The notes beneath the pieces were generated by a model. That model was not told where the DNA came from and did no database searches. It saw only the letters and a list, made by a program, of their open reading frames with translations. From a virus (lineage: Duplodnaviria > Heunggongvirae > Uroviricota > Caudoviricetes), in IMG/VR virus record IMGVR_UViG_2526164633_000045, positions 1-40,069 of that record: a stretch of 40,069 nt of DNA, one strand, 5' to 3'. Position 1 is the first letter of the stretch. Each line of letters opens with the position of its first letter. Below are positions 29,300-39,877 of the stretch, one piece after another. The position numbers were made by a program, and so were the translations under genes.

Positions 29300-29385
29300 A
29301 TGACTCCTGTGGATTGATCCAGTCTTTCTACATCAGGCCTCGAAGAATTCGCCGTTCTTCGGGGCTTTTTCTTTTGTCAGGATTC
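29300..29385 (+). ncRNA. Candidate OOP-like antisense RNA overlapping the 3' end of cII
   Basis: Plus-strand hairpin CGAAGAA-loop-TTCTTCG followed by GGGCTTTTTCTTTT lies antisense inside the last codons of cII; a CATAAT -10-like hexamer sits ~80 nt upstream (~29296). Geometry matches lambda pO/oop. Confidence 0.45.
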
Positions 29386-29611
29386 TGGCTACTTTCTTAG
29401 CCAGTTCCGCCAACTCCTCGTCTTCAACACCCCATTCAAGAACAGCCAGAAGCATTCCCATTTTGGGGATGAAGCTATCTTTCCATCGCGAAATTTGCGA
29501 TTCATTAATCCCTAACGCGTCGGCAACCTTTCGCTGACCACGTACAGCAATTCGATTCAGGATGTTGCTTGTAATTGCATTCGCTTTCTTGCGAGTACTT
29601 GTAAGTTGCAT
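29333..29611 (-). CDS. cII: CII transcriptional activator
   Basis: From [62 protein letters not shown] matches lambda CII (helix-turn-helix ...KSQISRWK...LLAVLEWGV); start refined. Confidence 0.9.
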   Translation of the reverse strand: MQLTSTRKKANAITSNILNRIAVRGQRKVADALGINESQISRWKDSFIPKMGMLLAVLEWGVEDEELAELAKKVARILTKEKAPKNGEFFEA

Positions 29612-29669
29612 ATGTAAGTATTTCCTTAACAAATAAGAAGTTATGCGCATCAAATTATGCGCGTTGTAT

Positions 29670-29712
29670 TCCCGCATTTCGGCGGGAATGATGACCATGA
29701 CTGTTAAAGAGC
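29670..29712 (-). promoter_or_regulatory. nutR-like site: boxA (GCTCTTTAACA) plus boxB hairpin (TCCCGCCGAAATGCGGGA)
   Basis: Minus-strand boxA consensus followed ~14 nt later by a 6-bp-stem hairpin, immediately downstream of cro; identical boxA and boxB copies occur upstream of N on the plus strand. Confidence 0.75.
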
Positions 29713-29719
29713 GGTGTTA

Positions 29720-29914
29720 CTATTTGTTTTTCTTGTTGCTTGGGAAAGGACGAACTTCCTCTCCAATCACACTGCCATCAGGCTTTACCGTAACCATGAT
29801 GTTACGGCCTGCCAGAATGGCCTTGCTGATAGCGCACTGGATTACACCAAAGTCACTGGCTGCTTTAGCCTGTCCATGGATTTTGGCGTAATCGGCAAGT
29901 GTCATTCGAATCAT
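29720..29914 (-). CDS. cro: Cro repressor
   Basis: [62 protein letters not shown] parallels lambda Cro; start taken at the ATG with GGAGAG RBS (track ORF starts at an upstream GTG). Confidence 0.9.
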   Translation of the reverse strand: MIRMTLADYAKIHGQAKAASDFGVIQCAISKAILAGRNIMVTVKPDGSVIGEEVRPFPSNKKNK

Positions 29915-29944
29915 ATGCACTCTCCGTTATTAACCATGAACAAA

Positions 29945-30009
29945 GAATACTACAGGTATTCAAAGCAATCAATACTCAGGGTATTTTTAGTTTAAGTACC
30001 TTAGCTATT
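29945..30009. promoter_or_regulatory. OR operator cluster (three AATACnnnnnGTATT-type sites) with divergent pR/pRM
   Basis: GAATACtacagGTATTC (~29945-29961), AATACtcaggGTATT (~29971-29985), AGTACcttagCTATT (~29995-30009); centre spacing ~24-25 bp. Candidate pR on minus strand TTGATT-17-TATTCT overlapping sites 1 and 2; candidate weak pRM TAGAAT -10 just upstream of the cI ATG. Confidence 0.7.
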
Positions 30010-30020
30010 AGAATTAAGCT

Positions 30021-30737
30021 ATGGAAAATAAAAAATCACTGACGACAGAACAGCTCGAAGACGCTAAGCGGCTTAAGGCTTTGTATGAGTCAAAAAAGAA
30101 AGAATTGGGAATAACCCAATACTCAATCGCTGATGAACTGGGTATCACCCAAGGAGCGGTAGGGCATTATCTTAATGGCAGAAACGCGCTAAACGTTGAG
30201 GTCGCATCTGGTTTTGCACGTTTGTTGCAAGTCTCAATTGCTGATTTTAGCCAGTCAATTGCTGCCAAGGTTGCAGAACAGGCAGAAAGCCTTAAGAGCG
30301 ATGCCAACGTAAGGTATGCAGGGGAATACAGAGCAGGAAAGAGGTATCCGGTGTTAAGCAGTATCCAGGCTGGCTCGTGGTGTGAAGCATGCGAACCATA
30401 CACCATTAAAGACATAGATGTTTGGCTTGAGTCTGACGCGCATATTCAAGGTAATGCGTTCTGGCTTAAAGTGGAAGGTGATTCAATGACGGCACCGGTT
30501 GGGTTAAGCATTCCAGAGGGAACATTCGTTCTTTTCGATACCGGAAGGGAGGCGATCAACGGCAGCTTGGTCATAGCAAAACTTTCTGACTCTAACGAAG
30601 CAACATTCAAGAAGCTGATAATCGACGGCGGAAATAAATACCTCAAGGGACTTAATCCTGCATGGCCTCTCGTGCCAATCAATGGAAACTGCAAGATTAT
30701 AGGCGTTGCAATTGAGACAAAACTAAGGCTGGTTTGA
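30021..30737 (+). CDS. cI: CI repressor (LexA-like S24 autopeptidase family)
   Basis: 238 aa; N-terminal HTH (...LGITQYSIADELGITQGAVGHYLNG...), Ala-Gly cleavage site, Ser/Lys C-terminal domain (...EGDSMTAP...TFKKLI...); colinear with lambda CI; no RBS, consistent with a leaderless pRM transcript. Confidence 0.93.
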   Translation: MENKKSLTTEQLEDAKRLKALYESKKKELGITQYSIADELGITQGAVGHYLNGRNALNVEVASGFARLLQVSIADFSQSIAAKVAEQAESLKSDANVRYAGEYRAGKRYPVLSSIQAGSWCEACEPYTIKDIDVWLESDAHIQGNAFWLKVEGDSMTAPVGLSIPEGTFVLFDTGREAINGSLVIAKLSDSNEATFKKLIIDGGNKYLKGLNPAWPLVPINGNCKIIGVAIETKLRLV

Positions 30738-30754
30738 TCACGCAAGGGGCGATT

Positions 30755-31123
30755 ATGGTTGGAACCGCTATAGCAAGCTTTTTTGGGATGTTGGCAATCT
30801 CGACAATTTACGGCTTAGCGCATGCTTTTATTGCGAAATCTCTATCAGAAAAAATAAGCCAGGCTTGGGCGCATAGATCAGCTCGTTTCATGATTCTGGT
30901 GATCATAGCAATACAAGGGATATCTGCATTTATCCTCTATGGATCAAGCTTATACCTATTGTATCAAGGCGCGACATTTACGCCTTACACCAGTGATTAC
31001 GGAACTCTATACGATGGTAGTGAAGACATCACTGTGGCTTGGATCGTCTTTGGTTTATCTATGGCCGTGTCTGTTGTAGCAGACATCATTAAGGTAATTC
31101 TCGTCTTAACCTTCGCTGACTAA
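30755..31123 (+). CDS. Small inner-membrane protein co-transcribed with cI (rex-position accessory gene)
   Basis: 122 aa from ATG 30755 (AAGGGG RBS); ~4 predicted TM segments (MVGTAIASFFGMLAISTIYGLAHAFIA..., FMILVIIAIQGISAFILYGSSLYLL..., VAWIVFGLSMAVSVVADIIKVILVL); no similarity to RexA/RexB noticed. Confidence 0.6.
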   Translation: MVGTAIASFFGMLAISTIYGLAHAFIAKSLSEKISQAWAHRSARFMILVIIAIQGISAFILYGSSLYLLYQGATFTPYTSDYGTLYDGSEDITVAWIVFGLSMAVSVVADIIKVILVLTFAD

Positions 31124-31209
31124 CCTATAATCCCGGCAGCAATAGCTATCGGGATCCACTTCACATATCCCGCATAAAAAGCACTGAACAAGCAGACACC
31201 GAAAAAATA

Positions 31210-31296
31210 AATATCCTTTGTATTCATTTGCTTATCATTATTTCACCAAAAATAAATACCTTGGGTATTTACACAATAAAATACCTACAGTATTCT
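31210..31296. promoter_or_regulatory. OL operator cluster and candidate pL promoter
   Basis: AATATcctttGTATT (~31210-31224), AATACcttggGTATT (~31255-31269), AATACctacaGTATT (~31280-31294); plus-strand TTTACA-17-TATTCT overlaps the last site and points toward N. Confidence 0.65.
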
Positions 31297-31342
31297 TTAG
31301 CCATCAGCAGGGCGCTGGAAGCCAAACGGAACAGATTGGCAG

Positions 31343-31383
31343 GCTCTTTAACATTGATGGGATTGTCCCGCCGAAATGCGGGA
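31343..31383 (+). promoter_or_regulatory. nutL-like site: boxA (GCTCTTTAACA) plus boxB hairpin (TCCCGCCGAAATGCGGGA)
   Basis: Same boxA and boxB sequences as the nutR candidate, located between pL and the N gene. Confidence 0.75.
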
Positions 31384-31490
31384 ACCAAAGAGTAGTTGGC
31401 TTTGGGGTGACGTGAAGTGCAGCTGCACGACGGCAACCGGAAGATAAGCACCCGGCGCGTCACCGCCAAAGTCAATCATCGGAGGTCAAC

Positions 31491-31763
31491 ATGACAGTAG
31501 TCATTACATATCTGGCTGACGATAACGCCAGAAATCGCCGCAGAGCACGCAGACAGGCTCAACGTGAACAGGCAATGCAAGAGCAGCGACTGGCACGAAA
31601 AATTGCGCTAAAGCTCTCTGGTTGCGTCAGAGCAGATAAAGCAGCATCACTCGGAAGCCTTTGCTGCAAGGAAGAAGATGAACGCAGTGGAAGTATTTGC
31701 CTGCCAAACGTAGCCATTTACGCGGCAGGATACCGGAAATCAAAACAACTGACAGCGAGGTAA
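31491..31763 (+). CDS. N: Antitermination protein N (P22 gp24-like)
   Basis: 90 aa; N-terminal arginine-rich motif (NARNRRRARRQAQREQ) and C-terminus ...LPNVAIYAAGYRKSKQLTAR closely resembling P22 gp24. Confidence 0.85.
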   Translation: MTVVITYLADDNARNRRRARRQAQREQAMQEQRLARKIALKLSGCVRADKAASLGSLCCKEEDERSGSICLPNVAIYAAGYRKSKQLTAR

Positions 31764-31766
31764 GTG

Positions 31767-31991
31767 ATGAATCAGACATACATTCCATCATGCTTGAGAA
31801 ATCTGCCAAAGCAGAAAGCAAAGCCCCGCAAGCAAGCCATAAAGGACGCTAAGGCAGAGGTTATTGATCAAGCAATACAATTGCTCAGGGAGGAGTTAAG
31901 AAGTGGCAAGCTCGAAGGAATGATGATGCCCTATCAGCGCGGATATCTATCGGCGATTAGTAAGTTGGAAGTATTGAAGAGTGAATTATGA
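31767..31991 (+). CDS. Hypothetical early protein (74 aa)
   Basis: ATG at 31767 with GAGG upstream; the track ORF begins at the preceding GTG. Confidence 0.5.
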   Translation: MNQTYIPSCLRNLPKQKAKPRKQAIKDAKAEVIDQAIQLLREELRSGKLEGMMMPYQRGYLSAISKLEVLKSEL

Positions 31992-32123
31992 ACTATCTGG
32001 AATTTCCGGATGGTTCATTGTTTTGGCAGCAAACCACTTATTTGAGGTGATGTATGGAAGAATAATTTGAAGAGTTCGAAGAGCATCCTCAGGATGTGAT
32101 GGAACAATACCAGGACTATCCGT

Positions 32124-32324
32124 ATGACTACGACTATTGATAAAAATCAATGGTGTGGACAATTCAAGCGATGCAATGGATGCAAGCTGCAATCGGAATG
32201 CATGGTTAAGCCTGAAGAAATGTTTCCTGTAATGGAAGATGGGAAATATGTCGATAAATGGGCAATACGAACGACGGCAATGATTGCCAGAGAACTTGGT
32301 AAACTGAACAACAAGGCTGCCTGA
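32124..32324 (+). CDS. ral: Ral-like restriction alleviation protein
   Basis: 66 aa, MTTTIDKNQWCGQFKRCNGCKLQSECMVKPEEMFPVMEDGKYVDKWAIRTTAMIARELGK...; matches my recollection of lambda Ral in size and sequence; stop codon sits in the loop of the downstream terminator. Confidence 0.75.
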   Translation: MTTTIDKNQWCGQFKRCNGCKLQSECMVKPEEMFPVMEDGKYVDKWAIRTTAMIARELGKLNNKAA

Positions 32325-32343
32325 TGGCGGCCTTTATTTTTGG
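32313..32343 (+). terminator. Intrinsic terminator after ral
   Basis: AAGGCTGCC-TGAT-GGCGGCCTT hairpin followed by TATTTTTGG. Confidence 0.75.
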
Positions 32344-32389
32344 CATAAACAACAGAATAAACACAGCACTGAATTATTTGAGGTGAGAT

Positions 32390-32860
32390 ATGACAAAATC
32401 ATGGAGCGTACCTTTTCCTGAATCAGAAACTGAACATGATGGAATGCCTGTTTTCTGGAGATTCCAAGCGACAGTTGAAGAAGATGGAATCAAAATATTC
32501 GCACTTCAATATATAGCTTTTCATCAGACAGATCATTATGCATGGTTGGTTCCTGCGCATTGGATTGTTAATTTTAAACCAGCACCAAATCAGTGGTTAC
32601 AGGAATGGAAACAAAGGAGAAATAGATATGCAATTAAGAAAGTAGCAAAAAATGCCGAAAGATCTTTTGCATTCCCGACGAAGAAACTTGCCATTGAAAG
32701 TTTATTGCGCCGGAAGAAGTACCATTTAATGAGAATCAAACAAGATTTGGCTGTTGTATCAACTCTTGTTGATGGGATGAAGAATATTGATACATCAATA
32801 CCAGATATTGAATATAACTTTGGACACAACCAAGAAACAGAAAATTGGGTGTTTTATTAG
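32390..32860 (+). CDS. Hypothetical soluble protein (156 aa), AT-rich moron at the sieB position
   Basis: ATG with GAGG upstream; visibly AT-rich coding sequence; bounded by intrinsic terminators on both sides; no recognisable family motifs. Confidence 0.6.
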   Translation: MTKSWSVPFPESETEHDGMPVFWRFQATVEEDGIKIFALQYIAFHQTDHYAWLVPAHWIVNFKPAPNQWLQEWKQRRNRYAIKKVAKNAERSFAFPTKKLAIESLLRRKKYHLMRIKQDLAVVSTLVDGMKNIDTSIPDIEYNFGHNQETENWVFY

Positions 32861-32964
32861 TACGAATAAGCACTGTGTATTCATTCCAACGAGTGAATAC
32901 ACGGAGCAATGTCGCTCGTAACTAAACAGGAGCCGACTTGTTCTGATTATTGGAAATCTTCTTT

Positions 32965-32992
32965 GCCCTCCAGTGTGAGGGCCTTTTTATAT
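32965..32992 (+). terminator. Intrinsic terminator after the 156-aa gene
   Basis: GCCCTC-CAGTGT-GAGGGC hairpin followed by CTTTTTATAT. Confidence 0.7.
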
Positions 32993-33054
32993 GCATACCA
33001 ATAACGCTTCACTCGAGGCGTTTTCGTTATGCAATCAAACAGAAGGAGCATCCT

Positions 33055-33225
33055 ATGCAACAGTTCGCTATTGCAGGGGCGGCATCGGTTCGCCCTTTCA
33101 ACCCGATTTTATCGGTACAGCATTCACGAAAAAATATTTTAACCGGAGCAGACTTTAAACAACCAAGAATGAAAAGCTTGCTCGAAAAGCTTTGGGATAT
33201 TTTGAAACAACAAGGCCGCCCATGA
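33055..33225 (+). CDS. cIII: CIII-like protein (FtsH inhibitor family), tentative
   Basis: 56 aa from MQQFAIAGAASV... with ...MKSLLEKLWDILKQQGRP resembling the lambda CIII N-terminus (MQYAIAG...) and amphipathic core (ESLLERITRKLRDGWKRLIDILNQPG); AAGGAG RBS. Confidence 0.6.
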   Translation: MQQFAIAGAASVRPFNPILSVQHSRKNILTGADFKQPRMKSLLEKLWDILKQQGRP

Positions 33226-33392
33226 GTTTTACAGATAACTGGTCAGACGAAGAATTCATTCGTCAGATGAAAGAATTAATCGGTAACGAAGGAGATATTC
33301 ATGTCACTTGCAACCACCGTGAAGGAGAGCAAGTTACAGAGACGCATGTACACGCAGCAGGCGTTAATGTATCGCCAGAAGGGAGATCGTGA
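33222..33392 (+). CDS. Hypothetical small protein (kil-position)
   Basis: 56 aa from ATG overlapping cIII stop (ATGA); MSFTDNWSDEEFIRQMKELIGNEGDIHVTCNHREGEQ... Confidence 0.5.
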   Translation: MSFTDNWSDEEFIRQMKELIGNEGDIHVTCNHREGEQVTETHVHAAGVNVSPEGRS

Positions 33393-33481
33393 AGGTGTTC
33401 GCGTATTTTTAAATGCGGCAAAGACTGAAGTATTAAATCAGCGTTATTTCCTTGGGCCATGTCCATTCTGAGAACAATCAT

Positions 33482-34087
33482 ATGAGCAAAGAATTTTACG
33501 CAAGACTGGCAGCTATTCAGGAAAATCTGAACGCGCCCAAGAATCAGTACAACTCATTCGGTAAATATAAATACAGAAGCTGCGAAGACATTCTTGAAGG
33601 CGTTAAGCCGTTACTGAATGGTCTGTTTTTATCAATCAGCGATGAAGTTGTGTTGATTGGTAATCGGTATTACGTGAAAGCCACGGCAACTATTACCGAT
33701 GGCGAAAACAGTCATACGGCAACCGCTCTTGCACGAGAGGAAGAAAGCAAGAAAGGAATGGATTCTGCACAAGTTACGGGAGCTACAAGCTCTTATGCAC
33801 GCAAGTATTGCCTCAATGGTTTGTTCGGCATTGATGATGCGAAAGATGCAGATACAGACGAGCATAAACATCAGCAGAACGCAGCAGCAAAGCAATCAAA
33901 ACCATCACCTACACCTGAACAGGTTCTAAAAGCATTCACTGACGCAGCATTGCAGAAAAACACCGTAGAAGAGCTTAAACAGGCGTTCGCCAAAGCGTGG
34001 AAGATGCTCGAAGGCACACCGGAGCAGCACAAAGCGCAGGACGTTTACAACATCAGACGAGACGAATTAGAAGGAGCGGCTGCTTAA
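33482..34087 (+). CDS. erf: Erf single-strand annealing recombinase
   Basis: From MSKEFYARLAAIQENLNAPKNQYNSFGKYKYRSCEDILEGVKPLLNGLFLSISDEVVLIGNRYYVKATATITDGENSH... nearly colinear with P22 Erf; start refined to ATG 33482. Confidence 0.93.
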   Translation: MSKEFYARLAAIQENLNAPKNQYNSFGKYKYRSCEDILEGVKPLLNGLFLSISDEVVLIGNRYYVKATATITDGENSHTATALAREEESKKGMDSAQVTGATSSYARKYCLNGLFGIDDAKDADTDEHKHQQNAAAKQSKPSPTPEQVLKAFTDAALQKNTVEELKQAFAKAWKMLEGTPEQHKAQDVYNIRRDELEGAAA

Positions 34088-34470
34088 TGGCACATTCGAT
34101 TACTGTAAGACTAAACAAGCCCGCAAGAGAGTTTCAGGCCGGGGAAAATATCGGATTCAACATCCGTGCTGGCGTTCAGTATTACGATCGCCAGACAAAA
34201 AAGAAAGAATGGACAAACTACAACGCCGTTGTATTTGCCAAGCCGGGAGCGCAAGCGGATTACTACCGTAGTGTTCTTGTTGAAGGTGGCATTGTAGAAA
34301 TTACCGGAGAAAACATCAGGGTTGATGTTTATCAGGGGCAAAATGGTCAATCAATCACTCTTGAATTACTGAATGCAAAGATTGGATTTGCAGCTTCAGG
34401 AAATGGCCCGCAGCAGCAAAGTAGTAACCAGCAGAACACCCCTGTATACGACGATTCCATCCCATTCTGA
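34087..34470 (+). CDS. Short phage single-stranded DNA-binding protein with SSB-type acidic C-terminal tail
   Basis: 127 aa from MAHSITVRLNKPAREFQAGENIGFNIRAGVQYYD... (OB-fold-like), Gly/Gln-rich linker and C-terminal ...PVYDDSIPF resembling the E. coli SSB tail (DDDIPF). Confidence 0.75.
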   Translation: MAHSITVRLNKPAREFQAGENIGFNIRAGVQYYDRQTKKKEWTNYNAVVFAKPGAQADYYRSVLVEGGIVEITGENIRVDVYQGQNGQSITLELLNAKIGFAASGNGPQQQSSNQQNTPVYDDSIPF

Positions 34471-34493
34471 TTTAGAAAAATAAGGATTTAATT

Positions 34494-34787
34494 ATGCCAG
34501 CGCCTCTGTATGGTGCGGATGACCCGCGCCGCTGTTCCGGCAATTCCGTATCGGAGGTGCTGGATAAATTCAGAAAAAACTACGCCCGGATAATGTCGCT
34601 ACCGCAGGAAACGAAAGAGGAAAAGGAATTTCGCCACTGTATATGGCTTGCAGAGAAAGAAGAGCGCGAGCGAATTTACCAGACATCAATCCGACCATTC
34701 CGCAAAGCCACATATACCCACTTCCCTGAAATTGACCCGCGCCTGCGTAATTACCGCTCACGCTATGGCGCTATCAGTAATGACTGA
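34494..34787 (+). CDS. Hypothetical early protein
   Basis: 97 aa, ATG with AAGGA RBS. Confidence 0.5.
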   Translation: MPAPLYGADDPRRCSGNSVSEVLDKFRKNYARIMSLPQETKEEKEFRHCIWLAEKEERERIYQTSIRPFRKATYTHFPEIDPRLRNYRSRYGAISND

Positions 34788-34797
34788 GGAATTTACC

Positions 34798-34965
34798 ATG
34801 AGAGGACTTGCATACAATCCCGGCATTCTTCCGGCAGAAATGATTATTCGCCAACGCGTAAAGACAATGCCATCGAGAGAGGAATTGCTTAAGAGAAATT
34901 CTTTTCCGTCAGTGAATCAAAACAAATATCTGAATGCGATGTTGCGTAAAGGAGGCAAGCAGTGA
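34798..34965 (+). CDS. Hypothetical early protein
   Basis: 55 aa from ATG with GAGGAA RBS ([19 protein letters not shown]...); track ORF extension lacks support. Confidence 0.45.
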   Translation: MRGLAYNPGILPAEMIIRQRVKTMPSREELLKRNSFPSVNQNKYLNAMLRKGGKQ

Positions 34966-35261
34966 GTGTATGTCTTATTGATAAACGTCGACGTGGGCAA
35001 CAAATACCATCTGTTGAAATGCCGAATCACACATGGTTTTGCGTACTTGATATCGATGGTATGGATACGTTGGTTGACACTCGTCATTACTGCGATACCG
35101 CAACAGCTACTCCGGCGAAAGCAAAGAAAATTGCTGCTCTGATAGAAAACTGGACTCCACCTGATGGTTGGTGCAATGGGAATGATCGAGATTGGCATGA
35201 AAAAATGAAGGGCTATATCTGCGATTTCTTACGTAAATGCAACGGATTCAGGGTGATGTGA
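34962..35261 (+). CDS. Hypothetical early protein (GTG start)
   Basis: 99 aa; GTG preceded by GGAGG at 7 nt; overlaps previous stop. Confidence 0.5.
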   Translation: MSVCLIDKRRRGQQIPSVEMPNHTWFCVLDIDGMDTLVDTRHYCDTATATPAKAKKIAALIENWTPPDGWCNGNDRDWHEKMKGYICDFLRKCNGFRVM

Positions 35262-35262
35262 C

Positions 35263-35817
35263 ATGAACAAGATTGACTATCAGGCACTGCGTGCCAAGGC
35301 AGAAAAAGCAACGTGTGGTGAGTGGTCGCTCGAATATGGAGAGGAGAGATTTGATGCTGGTGATGCGCTAATTCATCGTGAAGTTGTTGGATATCTTCCC
35401 ATTTGCAGAATTGAAGGAGCGCATCCTGAAAGCGGTTTCGATGAAGATTTCCAGATGGAACAGCAGGCCAATGCTGAATTTATTGCTGCCTTTAATCCAA
35501 AGGTTGCTTTGGCACTGCTGGATGAACGGGAAAGAAACCAGCAATACATCAAACGCCGCGACCAGGAGAACGAGGATATTGCGCTAACGGTAGGGAAGCT
35601 GCGCGTTGAGCTTGAAGCAGAAAAACAGCGGGCAAAAGTTCTATTTATGGAAAATGCTCGGCTTAAGTCAGGCATAGCCGGTCTGATACACCTCGGTATT
35701 CGATATGCAGATGTTGAGGTCATGAAAATTGCTGGAGATGCCCAGCTTTCTACCCCATGCACTGACAGCATCATAAACAGCATTGCAACAGGCATTCGCA
35801 TCAAAGGAGGTGAGTAA
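35263..35817 (+). CDS. Ead/Ea22-like early protein
   Basis: 184 aa, MNKIDYQALRAKAEKATCGEWSLEYGEERFDAGDALIHREVVGYLPICRIEG... pattern typical of lambdoid Ead/Ea22-family proteins; coiled-coil centre. Confidence 0.6.
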   Translation: MNKIDYQALRAKAEKATCGEWSLEYGEERFDAGDALIHREVVGYLPICRIEGAHPESGFDEDFQMEQQANAEFIAAFNPKVALALLDERERNQQYIKRRDQENEDIALTVGKLRVELEAEKQRAKVLFMENARLKSGIAGLIHLGIRYADVEVMKIAGDAQLSTPCTDSIINSIATGIRIKGGE

Positions 35818-35993
35818 TGCGTGTGGCATGTATCGGCTTGTTACCGTACCCGACTCGTTTTTGGGCTTCTGCGCTAATTGCAAAGCCGCATGTCCTGATG
35901 GCTGACAACATCATCCCGGCACCAAAGCGCCGCCATACCGGTATTGCATCGGCACGACGAGCAGCAAAGAAACGCAGGAGAGCAAAACGATGA
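35817..35993 (+). CDS. Small basic hypothetical protein (58 aa)
   Basis: Hand-read ATG with AAGGAGG RBS; Arg/Lys-rich C-terminus; stop overlaps next start (ATGA). Confidence 0.4.
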   Translation: MRVACIGLLPYPTRFWASALIAKPHVLMADNIIPAPKRRHTGIASARRAAKKRRRAKR

Positions 35994-36178
35994 AAAACCG
36001 TAAAGCAAAGATTCTGTTAGTTCGTAGAAACGCTCCTGGCGTCTGGCAGTGGGTGAGACTCAGCAACCGACGGGTGGGGTTAATGAAACATTACGGGATG
36101 ATGGATTGTGGTTTTTGCAAAAAGCCCAGCGCGGCGCAAAACCGCTGGAAAAACCACTTGCGTACTAAAGGAGAGTGA
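35990..36178 (+). CDS. Hypothetical early protein
   Basis: 62 aa, translationally coupled to flanking genes. Confidence 0.45.
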   Translation: MKNRKAKILLVRRNAPGVWQWVRLSNRRVGLMKHYGMMDCGFCKKPSAAQNRWKNHLRTKGE

Positions 36179-36179
36179 T

Positions 36180-36389
36180 ATGGCTATTGCCGCAAGTTAC
36201 ACCATGCATCTCTATTGTGACTGCCGCCAGTGTACGGAAGGTGTATATCCAGTGCCAGACTTCGGAGAGTATATCGGCACGTCATGGGCTGGTTGTGCAA
36301 AAGAGGCGCGTAAGGATGGCTGGCGAATAAGCAAAGACAAAACACGTGCTTTTGCGCCTGGGCATAAAGTTTTGAGGATTAACAAATGA
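36180..36389 (+). CDS. Hypothetical Cys-rich early protein
   Basis: 69 aa from ATG with AAGGAG RBS (MAIAASYTMHLYCDCRQCTEGVYPVPDFGEYIG...). Confidence 0.5.
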   Translation: MAIAASYTMHLYCDCRQCTEGVYPVPDFGEYIGTSWAGCAKEARKDGWRISKDKTRAFAPGHKVLRINK

Positions 36390-36712
36390 CCACTATTACC
36401 AGAGAACAAGCTCTGAAAATTATTGAGGCAGCCGATGAGGTTATTAGTGCGCTTGCCGGAACTAACGAGGATGTTCACCCTGGTAGCGATAACATGCTAC
36501 GCCTGTGGGATGACCTGAATGACCGTTACGCGCCGCCGGAAGTTGTGCGTGAGCTGGCACGGATTGCGCTGGCATCGTTGGAAGCAAAACCAATAGGTGC
36601 TTCCACATTGCAGAACAGCAAGTTGACGGCACAAGTGACTACCTCAAGGATGGAGAATGGCCTATTGATAATGGGACAATTGAAGTATACGCCGCCCCTC
36701 CAGTGCCAGTAG
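36386..36712 (+). CDS. Hypothetical early protein
   Basis: 108 aa, ATGA overlap with previous gene. Confidence 0.5.
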   Translation: MTTITREQALKIIEAADEVISALAGTNEDVHPGSDNMLRLWDDLNDRYAPPEVVRELARIALASLEAKPIGASTLQNSKLTAQVTTSRMENGLLIMGQLKYTPPLQCQ

Positions 36713-37180
36713 TACCTGAAGAAAAACCAATGCCTAACCCTCTTAGCATGTACGCGGTCGATGCTGTTGCCGCTATTGCAGAGGTGAGAGGCTGGAACGC
36801 CTGCCGCGCCGCCATGCTTCATGGTGCCGAACCTGTAAGCCAAACTTACAAGTCACAACACACGCAGTTTGAACAAGTTGCTGACCTCTACGAAATGCAA
36901 TTTGATGACGGTCGCACTTGTGCCTTTCACACTGATGCGCAAAAGGCTGCGCAATGGCTTCAGGCATGCGACGGAAACAGGGTTCAGGAATACGTGAAGC
37001 TGGAGCGATTGCGTAATGCGCTATCGGGCAACTCTCCGGTAACTCCGGATGGTTGGGTTATGGTGCCGAAGGAACCAACTCAGGCCATGATTAAAGCGTG
37101 GCTATCAGAGATTGCTAACTTTCGCGGTCATGCTGCTGGTTACAGGGCTGCTCTTGAGGCAGCACCACAGGAGGTTAACC

Positions 37181-37188
<8 letters not shown>
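36703..37188 (+). CDS. Hypothetical early protein
   Basis: 161 aa; start may be the GTG at 36703 or the ATG 27 nt downstream. Confidence 0.5.
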
Positions 37189-39796
<2,608 letters not shown>

Positions 39797-39837
39797 GACA
39801 TAACCGATATTCGAATTGAAGAACTGAAAGAACACCA

Positions 39838-39863
39838 AGCCGCCTGATGGCGGTTTCTTTTTG
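39838..39863 (+). terminator. Intrinsic terminator upstream of the excisionase-like gene
   Basis: AAGCCGCC-TGAT-GGCGGTTT hairpin followed by CTTTTTG; shares the CCTGATGGCGG core with the ral terminator. Confidence 0.65.
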
Positions 39864-39877
39864 CCTGGAGAATTAAG

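Noticed and set aside
31218-31475. ORFs 31218..31415 (+) and 31269..31475 (-) between the rex-position gene and N
   Set aside because: They cover the OL/pL/nutL regulatory region; no RBS and the interval is better explained by operators, promoter and nut site.
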